The notes: a model not told the origin generated them from the sequence alone. DNA of 37,797 bases from Pseudomonadota bacterium (GCA_015222755.1 JADFVX010000075.1:1-37797), one strand, 5' to 3'. Shown: positions 9,981 to 18,034, counted from the stretch's first letter. Numbers and translations: made by a program.

Positions 9981-10168
9981 AAATTTACTCCTTATCCCTC
10001 AGCATAAGTAGTTTGAGGCCTTTTAAACCTGAATTTACTTCACATTCACCTTAGCCCCAAACTCGTTCATCAAGGGTCCTGCTGAAAATGTCTCCTGAAT
10101 ATTTTTAATTATTTATACGACCTCACCAACTCCAGATAGGCATGATTACAGATGCCACAATCATTCAC

Positions 10169-10257
10169 CAATACGCTTCATTACCCAACGAAGTTTTATA
10201 GTAATCCTATTACTCGCAATATTTCCTTACTATAGTTTTGAGTAAAACTATCTTTAC
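10169..10257 (-). pseudogene. Copy B: relic of the GNAT 3' end / SDR-aminotransferase 5' end, start codon lost
   Basis: Translates (A)SNRITIKLRWVMKRIGE* versus MSNRITRKLSWIIRRVVS at 6538; ATG replaced by GCG. Confidence 0.7.
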
Positions 10258-10390
10258 CCTGAAGTCACGGATCCAGGATATTAATAGGAAAACTGCTTCA
10301 AGTGTACGGAAGTTATTGCTCCAGTGAGGATCGACCACTGAAGATGAAATATCCGCTTATTCAGTTTTAGAAGCCATAATGTAGCTATAT

Positions 10391-11185
10391 TCACGGCGTA
10401 ACTATGAAATTGGACCTACTGTCTTTGCCTGAGAGCACATCCTCTGCTTCCGGGTAAAGGATAATACCCGTTTCCAATGTTACTATCGGGTTGAGTACCG
10501 TCGCTAAATGATTGAAGAATCGATCAACCATAGCAACGTTACTGAGCGATACATAGAGAACATCACCTCTCTGAAGGTAGGCATTGTGCAATGCCAACTC
10601 ATTCTTTCCGGGTGCTTCCGATGTCAGGACTATCGGTTTTGATTGGCCATCCTTTTGTCTTCTCATAAGTACGACCTTCTGTTTTTTTGCATCGCGGTTA
10701 AATCCACCTGCAGAGCCAATTGCCTCCATTGCCGTCATCGGGCCATCGAGAAGGTAAACTCCCGGCCTGTTTACCTCCCCAAGGACATAAATCTTCTGCG
10801 ATCTTGCATTCTTCACCTGAACAGTCACCTGGGGATTGCGAAGATACTCAGATAATCCTTTGGTAAGCGCAGATTGAAACTCTGTTAGACTCATACCAGA
10901 CGCCTTAATTGCCCCAGCCAGTGGCAGCTGAACCGTCCCATTAGTTTGCACCTTGACTTCACGATTTATATCATCATGACGCCAAACTTGAATGTCCAAA
11001 GAATCGCCGGGGCCTATGATATATTCAGTTAACCGAATGGCTGGGATTTCGATTTGTTCCTGATGTTCCTGTACAATTGTTTGTTTTTGGCCCGGAGTTG
11101 TGCAACTCAGCAGGAAAGAAAAAAACAATATCCACAACTGGATGCTTTTCGATTTTATTATCTTTCCTTCCCGATTATTGTCCAT
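10391..11185 (-). CDS. Polysaccharide biosynthesis/export lipoprotein (Wza/OPX family)
   Basis: Lipobox LLSC; 'YIIGPGDSLDIQVW', 'GTVQLPLAGAI', 'YLRNPQVTV', SLBB 'VLGEVNRPG...AIGSAGG', 'LQRGDVLYV'; C-terminal amphipathic helix. Confidence 0.9.
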   Translation of the reverse strand: MDNNREGKIIKSKSIQLWILFFSFLLSCTTPGQKQTIVQEHQEQIEIPAIRLTEYIIGPGDSLDIQVWRHDDINREVKVQTNGTVQLPLAGAIKASGMSLTEFQSALTKGLSEYLRNPQVTVQVKNARSQKIYVLGEVNRPGVYLLDGPMTAMEAIGSAGGFNRDAKKQKVVLMRRQKDGQSKPIVLTSEAPGKNELALHNAYLQRGDVLYVSLSNVAMVDRFFNHLATVLNPIVTLETGIILYPEAEDVLSGKDSRSNFIVTP

Positions 11186-11259
11186 AGCTATATCACCATA
11201 TTTAGCAGATTTTAAGAATTAATAAGAGACTTGGTTTCCCATACTAAGCTAATATATCT

Positions 11260-13032
11260 CTATTTTGCCCCAACTCCCTTTATTACAGCCATTATTGTCT
11301 TTAAAAATATTTTCATATCCATTTTAAAGGACTGGCTCTTTACATAGGCGATATCGTATCTTATCCAGTCGTGGAACGATGTATCACTCCTGCCGTTTAC
11401 CTGCCATAGCCCAGTTATACCCGGCTTTACATTGAGCCTTATATCTCTCCAGCTGGGAGCAAATTTCATCTCCTCCATAACCAATGGTCTCGGTCCGATC
11501 AAGCTCATGTCGCCATTTAATACATTAAATAACTGTGGAAGTTCATCAAGACTTGTCTTCCTTAAGAACGTGCCCACCTTTGTGAGTCTTGGATCTCTAT
11601 CCATCTTGAACATTGGACCGTCGACATCATTCTCTTTCAAGAGTTTTCCTTGTATCTCGTCAGCATCTTCAATCATTGTTCTGAACTTATACATGGGGAA
11701 TTCCTGCCCGTCTTTACCGCACCTTCTCTGGCAGAAAAAAACATGTCCGCGCGAGTCCCTCTTTATAAGCAATGCGATAAAAGTAAACAGCGGCAGCAAA
11801 AAAAGCAATCCCAACAAGGAACAAATTATATCCAACAACCTTTTGGCAACAAAAAAGAGCTTGTGTTTCAATAGATTGCGTAATCTTGGCCCTGGAATAC
11901 TCATATTGAAAACGGTTTTTAAATCTTTATCATCATTAAGATTAGAAGAGACAAAGTTCAGAATACCATCACAGCTCTTATCCTGAACTACAACGGCATT
12001 TCTGACAGTTTCATCCTCTGAAACAACGCAGGACTCTCCAACAAGGCTATATTCGACACGGGACTTATTCATCAAACATGCATTTTCAAGTATTATGCTC
12101 TCGTGCACCAGAACATCATTTCCTATGTTTGATCCGCTGCCTATAGTTGAAGGCCCTATCACTTTCGAATTACCTTCTATGATACAATTGTCACCGATGA
12201 TAGCCGGCCCCAAAAGATAAGCATCCTGCGATATTTTGACATTCTTCCCAACCCAAATGCGATCACCGAACTTTTTCCAGGAACAAAATGTTTTATTGTG
12301 CTTATCCAGGCCATTCAAAAGGAGTTCCCGGTTCAGCTTAAAATAACCTGTAAGGCTATTGATTTTTATCGTCTTTGTTTCTGTCTTGTAAGTATGTACC
12401 GGAATCCCTTTAGCATTCAGGATCGGAACAAGCTGTTCCTTAATATCCATATAGCCTGTTTCCGGTATGTAGCCCAACATATCCGGCTCAAATACATATA
12501 TTCCAACGGGTCTTATATAGTGACGGTTGTCCCTTGAATGGTGGAGTATATGGAATCTTTTAACAGTTCCGTCTTCACCGACTTCAATGCGCTCAAGATC
12601 TCTCCTCCCTGGATTGTCTTCTTCTACAACTACTGTTGCCCCTGACTGCCTGCTTGTATGAAAATCTAGAATTTTAGATAAGTTCAGACCTTCAATGAAG
12701 ACATTGGAACAGATAACCCAGAATGGAGACCTTCCGAGAAAGTCTTTAAGTTCTTTTAATGACCCTGCTGTGCCTCTTGGGTAGTCCTCAAAAAAATAGG
12801 AGACCTTCACCCCTTTCGCCTCATAATTATTCAGTCTCTCGATTATATTGTCGATACTATCTATGTTACGTGGCAAGACGATGGCAACTTCCGTCACAGC
12901 ATTTTTTTTTAAAACATTTAAGTGGTGTACAAGTAAAGGAACATTACCCAAGGGCAAGGCTAACTTCGGGTAATAGTTCGCGAGAGGAAAGATTGCGCTT
13001 CCTGGACTTCCAGATAATATGACAGCCTTCAT
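11260..13032 (-). CDS. Fusion: sugar-phosphate nucleotidyltransferase-like domain + hexapeptide (LbH) repeats + monotopic phosphoglycosyl transferase (Bac_transf; PglC/WcaJ-like priming transferase)
   Basis: N-term MKAVIL..., PK..LP, PRGTAGSL; LbH repeats in the middle; C-term KRLLDI, GKDG..F.MYKFRTM, DPRLTKVGTFLRKTSLDELPQLFNVLNGDMSLIGPRP, KPGITGLWQVNGR. ATG at 13032 preferred over TTG at 13044. Confidence 0.88.
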   Translation of the reverse strand: MKAVILSGSPGSAIFPLANYYPKLALPLGNVPLLVHHLNVLKKNAVTEVAIVLPRNIDSIDNIIERLNNYEAKGVKVSYFFEDYPRGTAGSLKELKDFLGRSPFWVICSNVFIEGLNLSKILDFHTSRQSGATVVVEEDNPGRRDLERIEVGEDGTVKRFHILHHSRDNRHYIRPVGIYVFEPDMLGYIPETGYMDIKEQLVPILNAKGIPVHTYKTETKTIKINSLTGYFKLNRELLLNGLDKHNKTFCSWKKFGDRIWVGKNVKISQDAYLLGPAIIGDNCIIEGNSKVIGPSTIGSGSNIGNDVLVHESIILENACLMNKSRVEYSLVGESCVVSEDETVRNAVVVQDKSCDGILNFVSSNLNDDKDLKTVFNMSIPGPRLRNLLKHKLFFVAKRLLDIICSLLGLLFLLPLFTFIALLIKRDSRGHVFFCQRRCGKDGQEFPMYKFRTMIEDADEIQGKLLKENDVDGPMFKMDRDPRLTKVGTFLRKTSLDELPQLFNVLNGDMSLIGPRPLVMEEMKFAPSWRDIRLNVKPGITGLWQVNGRSDTSFHDWIRYDIAYVKSQSFKMDMKIFLKTIMAVIKGVGAK

Positions 13033-13062
13033 ACTACCACCCAATTTAGAGGAAAAACGTGT

Positions 13063-13090
13063 AATGTATTTTTCTCTACAATAAAGTCAA
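13063..13090 (-). promoter_or_regulatory. Possible sigma70-type promoter for the transferase operon
   Basis: TTGACT (13085-13090)-N16-TACATT (13063-13068) on the minus strand. Confidence 0.35.
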
Positions 13091-13119
13091 TATCAAAATA
13101 AGCTTAACAGCCTTATGCA

Positions 13120-13467
13120 CTATAACAGTCTCAGGCCTGATGCATTTACCGATCTATCAATTTTTTTCGTCCACACGGTCTTTGCAGCTCTATGGATATC
13201 GAGATCATCAACGCTGACATGGAGATCAGTGTCAATGATCAAAAGTTCTCCCATATAAACAATCATTGCTCCATCATCTGAGTAATCTTCCATTGTTCCT
13301 GACCGTTTTTTGTTTTCTATTGAAAACAGAAAGTCTATCCCTGCTCTTGTTCTTTCTTGATGTCTGCCAATAAAAATACAACCGCAGTGGGGGCAGGGTG
13401 GACAACCCGCCTCGGAGTGAATATAAAAAGCTTTAAAGCACTCTGGGCAAAGCCTGATTTCTACCAT
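13120..13467 (-). CDS. Zn-ribbon + PilZ domain protein (putative c-di-GMP receptor)
   Basis: CPEC...CPHC followed by RHQER (RxxxR) and DYSDDG (DxSxxG), ending in V.W...GL, the canonical PilZ pattern. Confidence 0.8.
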   Translation of the reverse strand: MVEIRLCPECFKAFYIHSEAGCPPCPHCGCIFIGRHQERTRAGIDFLFSIENKKRSGTMEDYSDDGAMIVYMGELLIIDTDLHVSVDDLDIHRAAKTVWTKKIDRSVNASGLRLL

Positions 13468-13517
13468 CTCTTTTTCAAAAATATCTTAAAAGATTGACAT
13501 TGGCACTGTTAAGCTTG

Positions 13518-13545
13518 AGTATATCTTCCGAATAGGGGAAGTCAA
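13518..13545 (-). promoter_or_regulatory. Sigma70-type promoter upstream of the PilZ gene
   Basis: TTGACT (13540-13545)-N16-TATACT (13518-13523) on the minus strand, ~50 nt before the ATG. Confidence 0.6.
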
Positions 13546-13597
13546 TACACCAAAGGGATAAAATTTACATCTTTTTGATGTAAACCTTATAGATGAA
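13546..13597. promoter_or_regulatory. Array of three palindromic operator-like boxes
   Basis: TACACC-N5-GATAAA (13546-62), TACATC-N5-GATGTA (13566-82; perfect 8-bp inverted repeat 13564-13584) and TAAACC-N5-GATGAA (13581-97), abutting the -35 box. Confidence 0.55.
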
Positions 13598-13769
13598 TAA
13601 TTTTTACAACTTTTCATCGATATGGTGGATAGAGTGAGAAGTGCTGAGGTTTGCAAGGTGTAGGATGGTGACTTGTGGCTTAAGTGTCCCGGTGTGGCCT
13701 TTTATAAAAATGGCATCTTGAACCTCAGGATGAAGAGATCAGGTGGCCAGAGCGAGATATAGTGATGCT

Positions 13770-13788
13770 CCCCGCTTACAGAGCGGGG
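13770..13788. terminator. GC-rich hairpin downstream of the LuxR gene
   Basis: CCCCGCT-TACAG-AGCGGGG; no clear U-tract. Confidence 0.3.
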
Positions 13789-13853
13789 CATGCTGTCAGC
13801 ACCTAGTCAATGGCCTGCCGGGTTTGAATATATTTCTATGGCGGTTTAACTTT

Positions 13854-14489
13854 TCATAAATTTTTCTGGTAAATATCATGGTTATTCAGTACATAAGTTA
13901 TCAATTGAGGCCTGTTTCTGACGTTCAGTTTCTGAAAGACACGGTGGAGGTGAGTCTTCACGGTAGGTTCACTGATATACAGTTTCTGGGCGATCTCTTT
14001 GTTCTTGAAGCCCTTACCGACTAGGGCCACAATCTCTTTCTCTCTTTTGGTAAGCATAGGGGATTTGCTGTTCTTCCTTATTGCGTTCATGCCGGTTATC
14101 AGATTTTTGACGGTTGACTTATCCAGCCACACCTCACCTCTTGCTACTGACCTGATGGACTTCATAAGGAGATCAGGTGGTGTGTTAGCCAGGATCAAAC
14201 CTTTTATTTCCTTTGAAATAACAGCAGAAATTATATTGTCTTCACCACAGCAGGTATCAAAGAGGATAAAATTAATACCGGGTGTTTCATCGAAATCAAC
14301 GAATACATTATAGAGAGCTGTAAGATCAACCAGAATTACATCCGGCTTCAAGGACTCTATGATTTTGCCAGGGCTGGCACCAACATCCAGGATTCCTACA
14401 ACCTCGATATCACCTACATCCTCAAACAGTCGGAGCACACCCTCTGAAAATAGTGAGTTACTGAAAACTATCAGCACTTTAATGGACAT
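13854..14489 (-). CDS. LuxR/NarL-family response regulator with atypical receiver (CsgD/VpsT-like architecture)
   Basis: C-terminal LTKREKEIVALVGKGFKNKEIAQKLYISEPTVKTHLHRVFQKL HTH; receiver 'PDVILVD'; ATG at 14489 preceded by a GGGAGG SD (ORF track start at 14540 less likely). Confidence 0.9.
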   Translation of the reverse strand: MSIKVLIVFSNSLFSEGVLRLFEDVGDIEVVGILDVGASPGKIIESLKPDVILVDLTALYNVFVDFDETPGINFILFDTCCGEDNIISAVISKEIKGLILANTPPDLLMKSIRSVARGEVWLDKSTVKNLITGMNAIRKNSKSPMLTKREKEIVALVGKGFKNKEIAQKLYISEPTVKTHLHRVFQKLNVRNRPQLITYVLNNHDIYQKNL

Positions 14490-14697
14490 ATACCTCCCCC
14501 TCTCCCGAAAAAGCAGTGTGAACTTGCAAAACTTCCACAATTCAAATCAAAAAAACAACTTTATATCATAAAAAATCCGTCGTTGCGAGATATATTGAGG
14601 GGATATTATTCTTATATCACTATTGTCTGATTAACTTTTAAACGACACTAGCTAACTCAGGGAAAACAGTTTTTTCACAATTACTTCAGCATCTAAC

Positions 14698-14730
14698 ACC
14701 TTATCAACCTTATCAACCTTATCAACCTTA
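14698..14730. repeat. 9-bp tandem repeat (ACCTTATCA)x3.7
   Basis: acc ttatca acc ttatca acc ttatca acctta read directly from the sequence. Confidence 0.9.
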
Positions 14731-14934
14731 ATAAATGCATTAATTGCTACTACCTTGGCCGATACCAACGAACTCCGGGATTACCGGATATATCAGGACT
14801 TCGGATACCATTTAATCGACTGCCACTGCTGCAATCACTGCCTGCCTCGCAGCGGTGCGCAGGAACTCATGGAAAGCTGGGGTTACGTGTGCAAATAGGG
14901 GAAGCCTTATTGCAAGGCGTATAAAAATGCTGCG

Positions 14935-15117
14935 TTAGGCTTTCTTCTTTGCTTCACGCAGTTCCCAGTGTTTACACCCTTTATCTACTACGTCCGGCGG
15001 GATCTCCTTATTATCACCCTTTTCATTCTCTTTAAACCAGGTGCATGTTCCCAAGAAGGTGCTATCCGTGTAGTTCTGGTACCTGCATTGCCAGCAGGAC
15101 CTCTCGTTATCTGCCAT
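14935..15117 (-). CDS. Small Cys-rich protein (CxxC-x13-C-x22-C), putative metal/Fe-S binding
   Basis: 60 aa, four cysteines, 15 bp downstream of the methyltransferase-like gene on the same strand. Confidence 0.65.
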   Translation of the reverse strand: MADNERSCWQCRYQNYTDSTFLGTCTWFKENEKGDNKEIPPDVVDKGCKHWELREAKKKA

Positions 15118-15132
15118 AAAACACCATATATT

Positions 15133-15891
15133 TTATTGTTTTGCGCCCCTGCCGCCACGTCTTCCTGCCTTAGTGCGTCCACTCCGGCCTGTCGCTTTTG
15201 CAGGTCCCGCCCTCTCAAGACGCGTTGCTATATATACAATATGCCTCAAACCGCCCTTGCCGGGCCTTTGTTTTTCAAAGGAGAACCCGGCATTTTTAAG
15301 GCGCCCTTCAAATGACTTGTCGGGGTCTTCAGACCATACGGCAAACACACCTCCCGGTGCAAGGGCCTCATGGGTAAGCTCCAGCGCGCCATCGCCGTAG
15401 AAGGCCTCACCTTTCCCCCCATCAGATTCAAATGGCCCTTCGTAGAGATCGAGTATTATTGCATCAAAGCGGCCAGAATCCTCTCCCACAGCCGCCTTCA
15501 TTATTAGTAAAGAAACGTCTTCAATCTCAACGGATACCCGGGGATCCGTCACGGCACTATCTGTAAGGGATGCCAGTGGCCCCTTGCACCATCTTGGCAT
15601 GATTTCGTTGAGCTCTGCCACCTTGATCGATGCGGCAGCAGGAAGGACATCAAGTGCTGCCTTCAGCGTACAGCCCATTCCAAGCCCACCGATCAGCACC
15701 CTGGGGGCCCGTCTCTTCCCCATAGCGTCACAGGCAAGTTCAGAAAGGACGCACTCGGAACGATTGGCAAGAGAGTTCATGAGAACGCGTCCGTCTATAG
15801 TGATAAGGAAATCTCCCTCACCACGCTTGCGCAGCTCAAGTAAGCCGTCAGGGCTTTCAGTACTTTCTATTGTCTCCCAGCGTTTTGCCAA
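15133..15891 (-). CDS. Spermidine synthase-like / MnmC-like SAM-dependent transferase
   Basis: VLMNS...SE..L, VLIGGLGMG, VAEL, FDAIILDLYEGP, GGVFAVWS; TTG start with GGAG SD. Confidence 0.8.
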   Translation of the reverse strand: MAKRWETIESTESPDGLLELRKRGEGDFLITIDGRVLMNSLANRSECVLSELACDAMGKRRAPRVLIGGLGMGCTLKAALDVLPAAASIKVAELNEIMPRWCKGPLASLTDSAVTDPRVSVEIEDVSLLIMKAAVGEDSGRFDAIILDLYEGPFESDGGKGEAFYGDGALELTHEALAPGGVFAVWSEDPDKSFEGRLKNAGFSFEKQRPGKGGLRHIVYIATRLERAGPAKATGRSGRTKAGRRGGRGAKQ

Positions 15892-16055
15892 TATACTCCC
15901 CTGCTTTCCCCTTTAAAGGCTCAGCATTCCAGCATAAAAGATTATAAATTAGTGAGTTCGGATAGCACCCGGGCTGCGGGTCTGGGAATGAGTGTCTGAG
16001 TCATATTGAAATAGACCTCTGATGAGGAGATGTTGTCAAATGACACGCCCATGCT

Positions 16056-16556
16056 CTATCTCCCTTCCCCCGCCTTGATGATTTTTTTCTCCTTGAGCCA
16101 GTCCCTGATAGCCTCACGCATGCCCTTATCGCAAAGATCGGCCCATCGCTCTTTTTCTTCAGGGTATTCAAAAAGGGCCTTTTCAAAGGCCTCTACAGGA
16201 CTACCATCTTCAAGTACTGCATGAAGTTCCTTCTTTAATGCATTATCGGGCAAGCTATTTATAAACTCGGCCATGAGATGCTTTATCATGAAGACAAGTA
16301 CTTTCGGGATGTCTAAGTAACGTTCCTTTTCATAGAACAGGATGTTCTCTGCCGTTTCGACGAGGTCTTTTTTCCACTCCGGCAAAGAGGCTATCTGCTC
16401 GACATCGCTTTCTTTAACGGCCTGCATGACATCATTTGAGACCACCACTATCTCATATTCCTGCCTATCGAAACACAGCCTGCTCCCGTCAAGATCCGGC
16501 CTTTCCAGCTGGTCTATCATGGCATCCATATCTATAACTTTGCCTTTAGTTGTCAT
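16056..16556 (-). CDS. UPF0158 family protein
   Basis: Pattern 'FDRQ.EIV...RYLDIP...LMAEFI...ALFEYPEEKERW...AIRDWL' resembles UPF0158; 4-bp overlap with ppnN. Confidence 0.65.
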   Translation of the reverse strand: MTTKGKVIDMDAMIDQLERPDLDGSRLCFDRQEYEIVVVSNDVMQAVKESDVEQIASLPEWKKDLVETAENILFYEKERYLDIPKVLVFMIKHLMAEFINSLPDNALKKELHAVLEDGSPVEAFEKALFEYPEEKERWADLCDKGMREAIRDWLKEKKIIKAGEGR

Positions 16557-17932
16557 TTTATGATCCTGTAGCAGGGGACATACTCTCCTGATAGCTTCAT
16601 CCGTCTCTGGGCTGCGAAGCCGGCAAGCATCTTATCCATAGACTCCATGATGGCCGCCTCTCCACTTATCTCGAATGGGCCATTGGCCTCTATGCTACGT
16701 ACCCCCTCGTCCTTCACGTTGCCTGAAACGATACCGGAGAAGGCCCTGCGTAAATTGGCAGCCAGGTGGTGCCTCTCCTGGTCTTTATGGAGATCAAGCG
16801 AGGCCATATTCTCATGTGTAGGTTCGAATGGATGCTGGAAGGGCTCATCTATCTTTAGCAGCCAGTTGTAGTAGAATGCGTCGCTTTTTGCCTTGCGAAA
16901 TTCATAGACCTGTTCTATGCCCGCCTTCATTTCGCGGGCAACGGAGTCGGGATCATTTATGATGATCTTATAGCGCTGCTGCGCCTCAAGGCCCAGCGTG
17001 TCACCGATAAACAGGTTTATCTCTCTGAAGTAGTCACGGGCAGATTCAGGGCCTGTAAAGATCAGAGGAAATGGTATCTCCTTATTGTCAGGGTGGAGAA
17101 GCACGCCCAGGATATAGAGGATCTCCTCTGCCGTTCCGGGCCCGCCGGGAAACACGATAACACCGTGGCCTGTGCGTACAAAGGCCTCCAGGCGCTTTTC
17201 TATGTCCGGAAGTATGACGAGGTCGTTTACGATTGGGTTTGGCGGTTCAGCGGCGATTATGCCAGGCTCGGACATCCCTATGTAGAGACCGCTCCTTATG
17301 CGCTGCTTGGCATGGGCGATTGTGGCCCCCTTCATTGGCCCTTTCATGGCACCGGGGCCGCATCCTGTGCAGATATCCAGGCCCCTGAGTCCCATGGCGT
17401 GCCCTACTTCACTGGTATATTTATATTCTTCTTCATTTATGGAGTGCCCTCCCCAGCATACGACAAGGTTCGGCACGGTGCGGGGTACCAGTATCCTTGC
17501 ATGGCGCAGTATATGGAACACTGTATTGGTTATCCCTTGCGATGTATTCAGGTCAAACTTGCAGGTGTTCCTGTATACCTCATCCTGAAGGAAGACAACG
17601 TCCCTCAGCACGGCAAAGAGATGCTCGTTTATACCCTTTATCAGTTCTCCGTCTACAAAGGCGCTTGCGGGGGCGTTTTTGAGTTCAAGCTTTATCCCCC
17701 TCTCCTGCTGCACGACCCTTATATCGAAGGATTCAAACTTTTCCAGCAGCTCCTTCCCGTCGTCTATATGGCTGCCGCAGTTGAGAACCGCCAGCGAGCA
17801 GTTGCGGAAGATGCTGTGCATCTCCCCTTCACTGGCATCCAGCAGCCTTGTCACTTCCGTCTTGGAGAGTACCTCCATCCGTCCCTGCGGAGTTATCCGC
17901 GCGTCAAGCACTCCATCTATATTGTTTGTCAT
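16553..17932 (-). CDS. ppnN: Nucleotide 5'-monophosphate nucleosidase PpnN (YgdH, LOG family)
   Basis: VVCWGGHSI, ICTGCGPGAMKGPMKGA, PDIEKRLEAFVR, FPGGPGTAEE, LAANLRRAFSGIV.GNVK, QRRMKL...YVPCY. Confidence 0.93.
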   Translation of the reverse strand: MTNNIDGVLDARITPQGRMEVLSKTEVTRLLDASEGEMHSIFRNCSLAVLNCGSHIDDGKELLEKFESFDIRVVQQERGIKLELKNAPASAFVDGELIKGINEHLFAVLRDVVFLQDEVYRNTCKFDLNTSQGITNTVFHILRHARILVPRTVPNLVVCWGGHSINEEEYKYTSEVGHAMGLRGLDICTGCGPGAMKGPMKGATIAHAKQRIRSGLYIGMSEPGIIAAEPPNPIVNDLVILPDIEKRLEAFVRTGHGVIVFPGGPGTAEEILYILGVLLHPDNKEIPFPLIFTGPESARDYFREINLFIGDTLGLEAQQRYKIIINDPDSVAREMKAGIEQVYEFRKAKSDAFYYNWLLKIDEPFQHPFEPTHENMASLDLHKDQERHHLAANLRRAFSGIVSGNVKDEGVRSIEANGPFEISGEAAIMESMDKMLAGFAAQRRMKLSGEYVPCYRIIK

Positions 17933-18034
17933 GGCTTCAAGCTTCCTTTTTTTTGGATTTCAAATAGTAGCAAAAAAAGGGAGCAAAAGAAATTCCTTTC
18001 TCCCTCTCCCGAGTAAGGTGAATGGCGGCTGCAA

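Noticed and set aside
10035-10070. 11-codon ORF MNEFGAKVNVK with an AGGA SD upstream of the radical SAM gene, as a RiPP precursor
   Set aside because: Too short for a leader plus core; such ORFs arise by chance.
13600-13853. Possible c-di-GMP riboswitch upstream of the PilZ gene (GCAAACC on the minus strand)
   Set aside because: The downstream GNRA loop and GACGCAAAGC-like elements are absent; an Infernal search would settle it.
14698-14730. Tandem repeat as a CRISPR array
   Set aside because: 9-bp units with no spacers and no cas genes.
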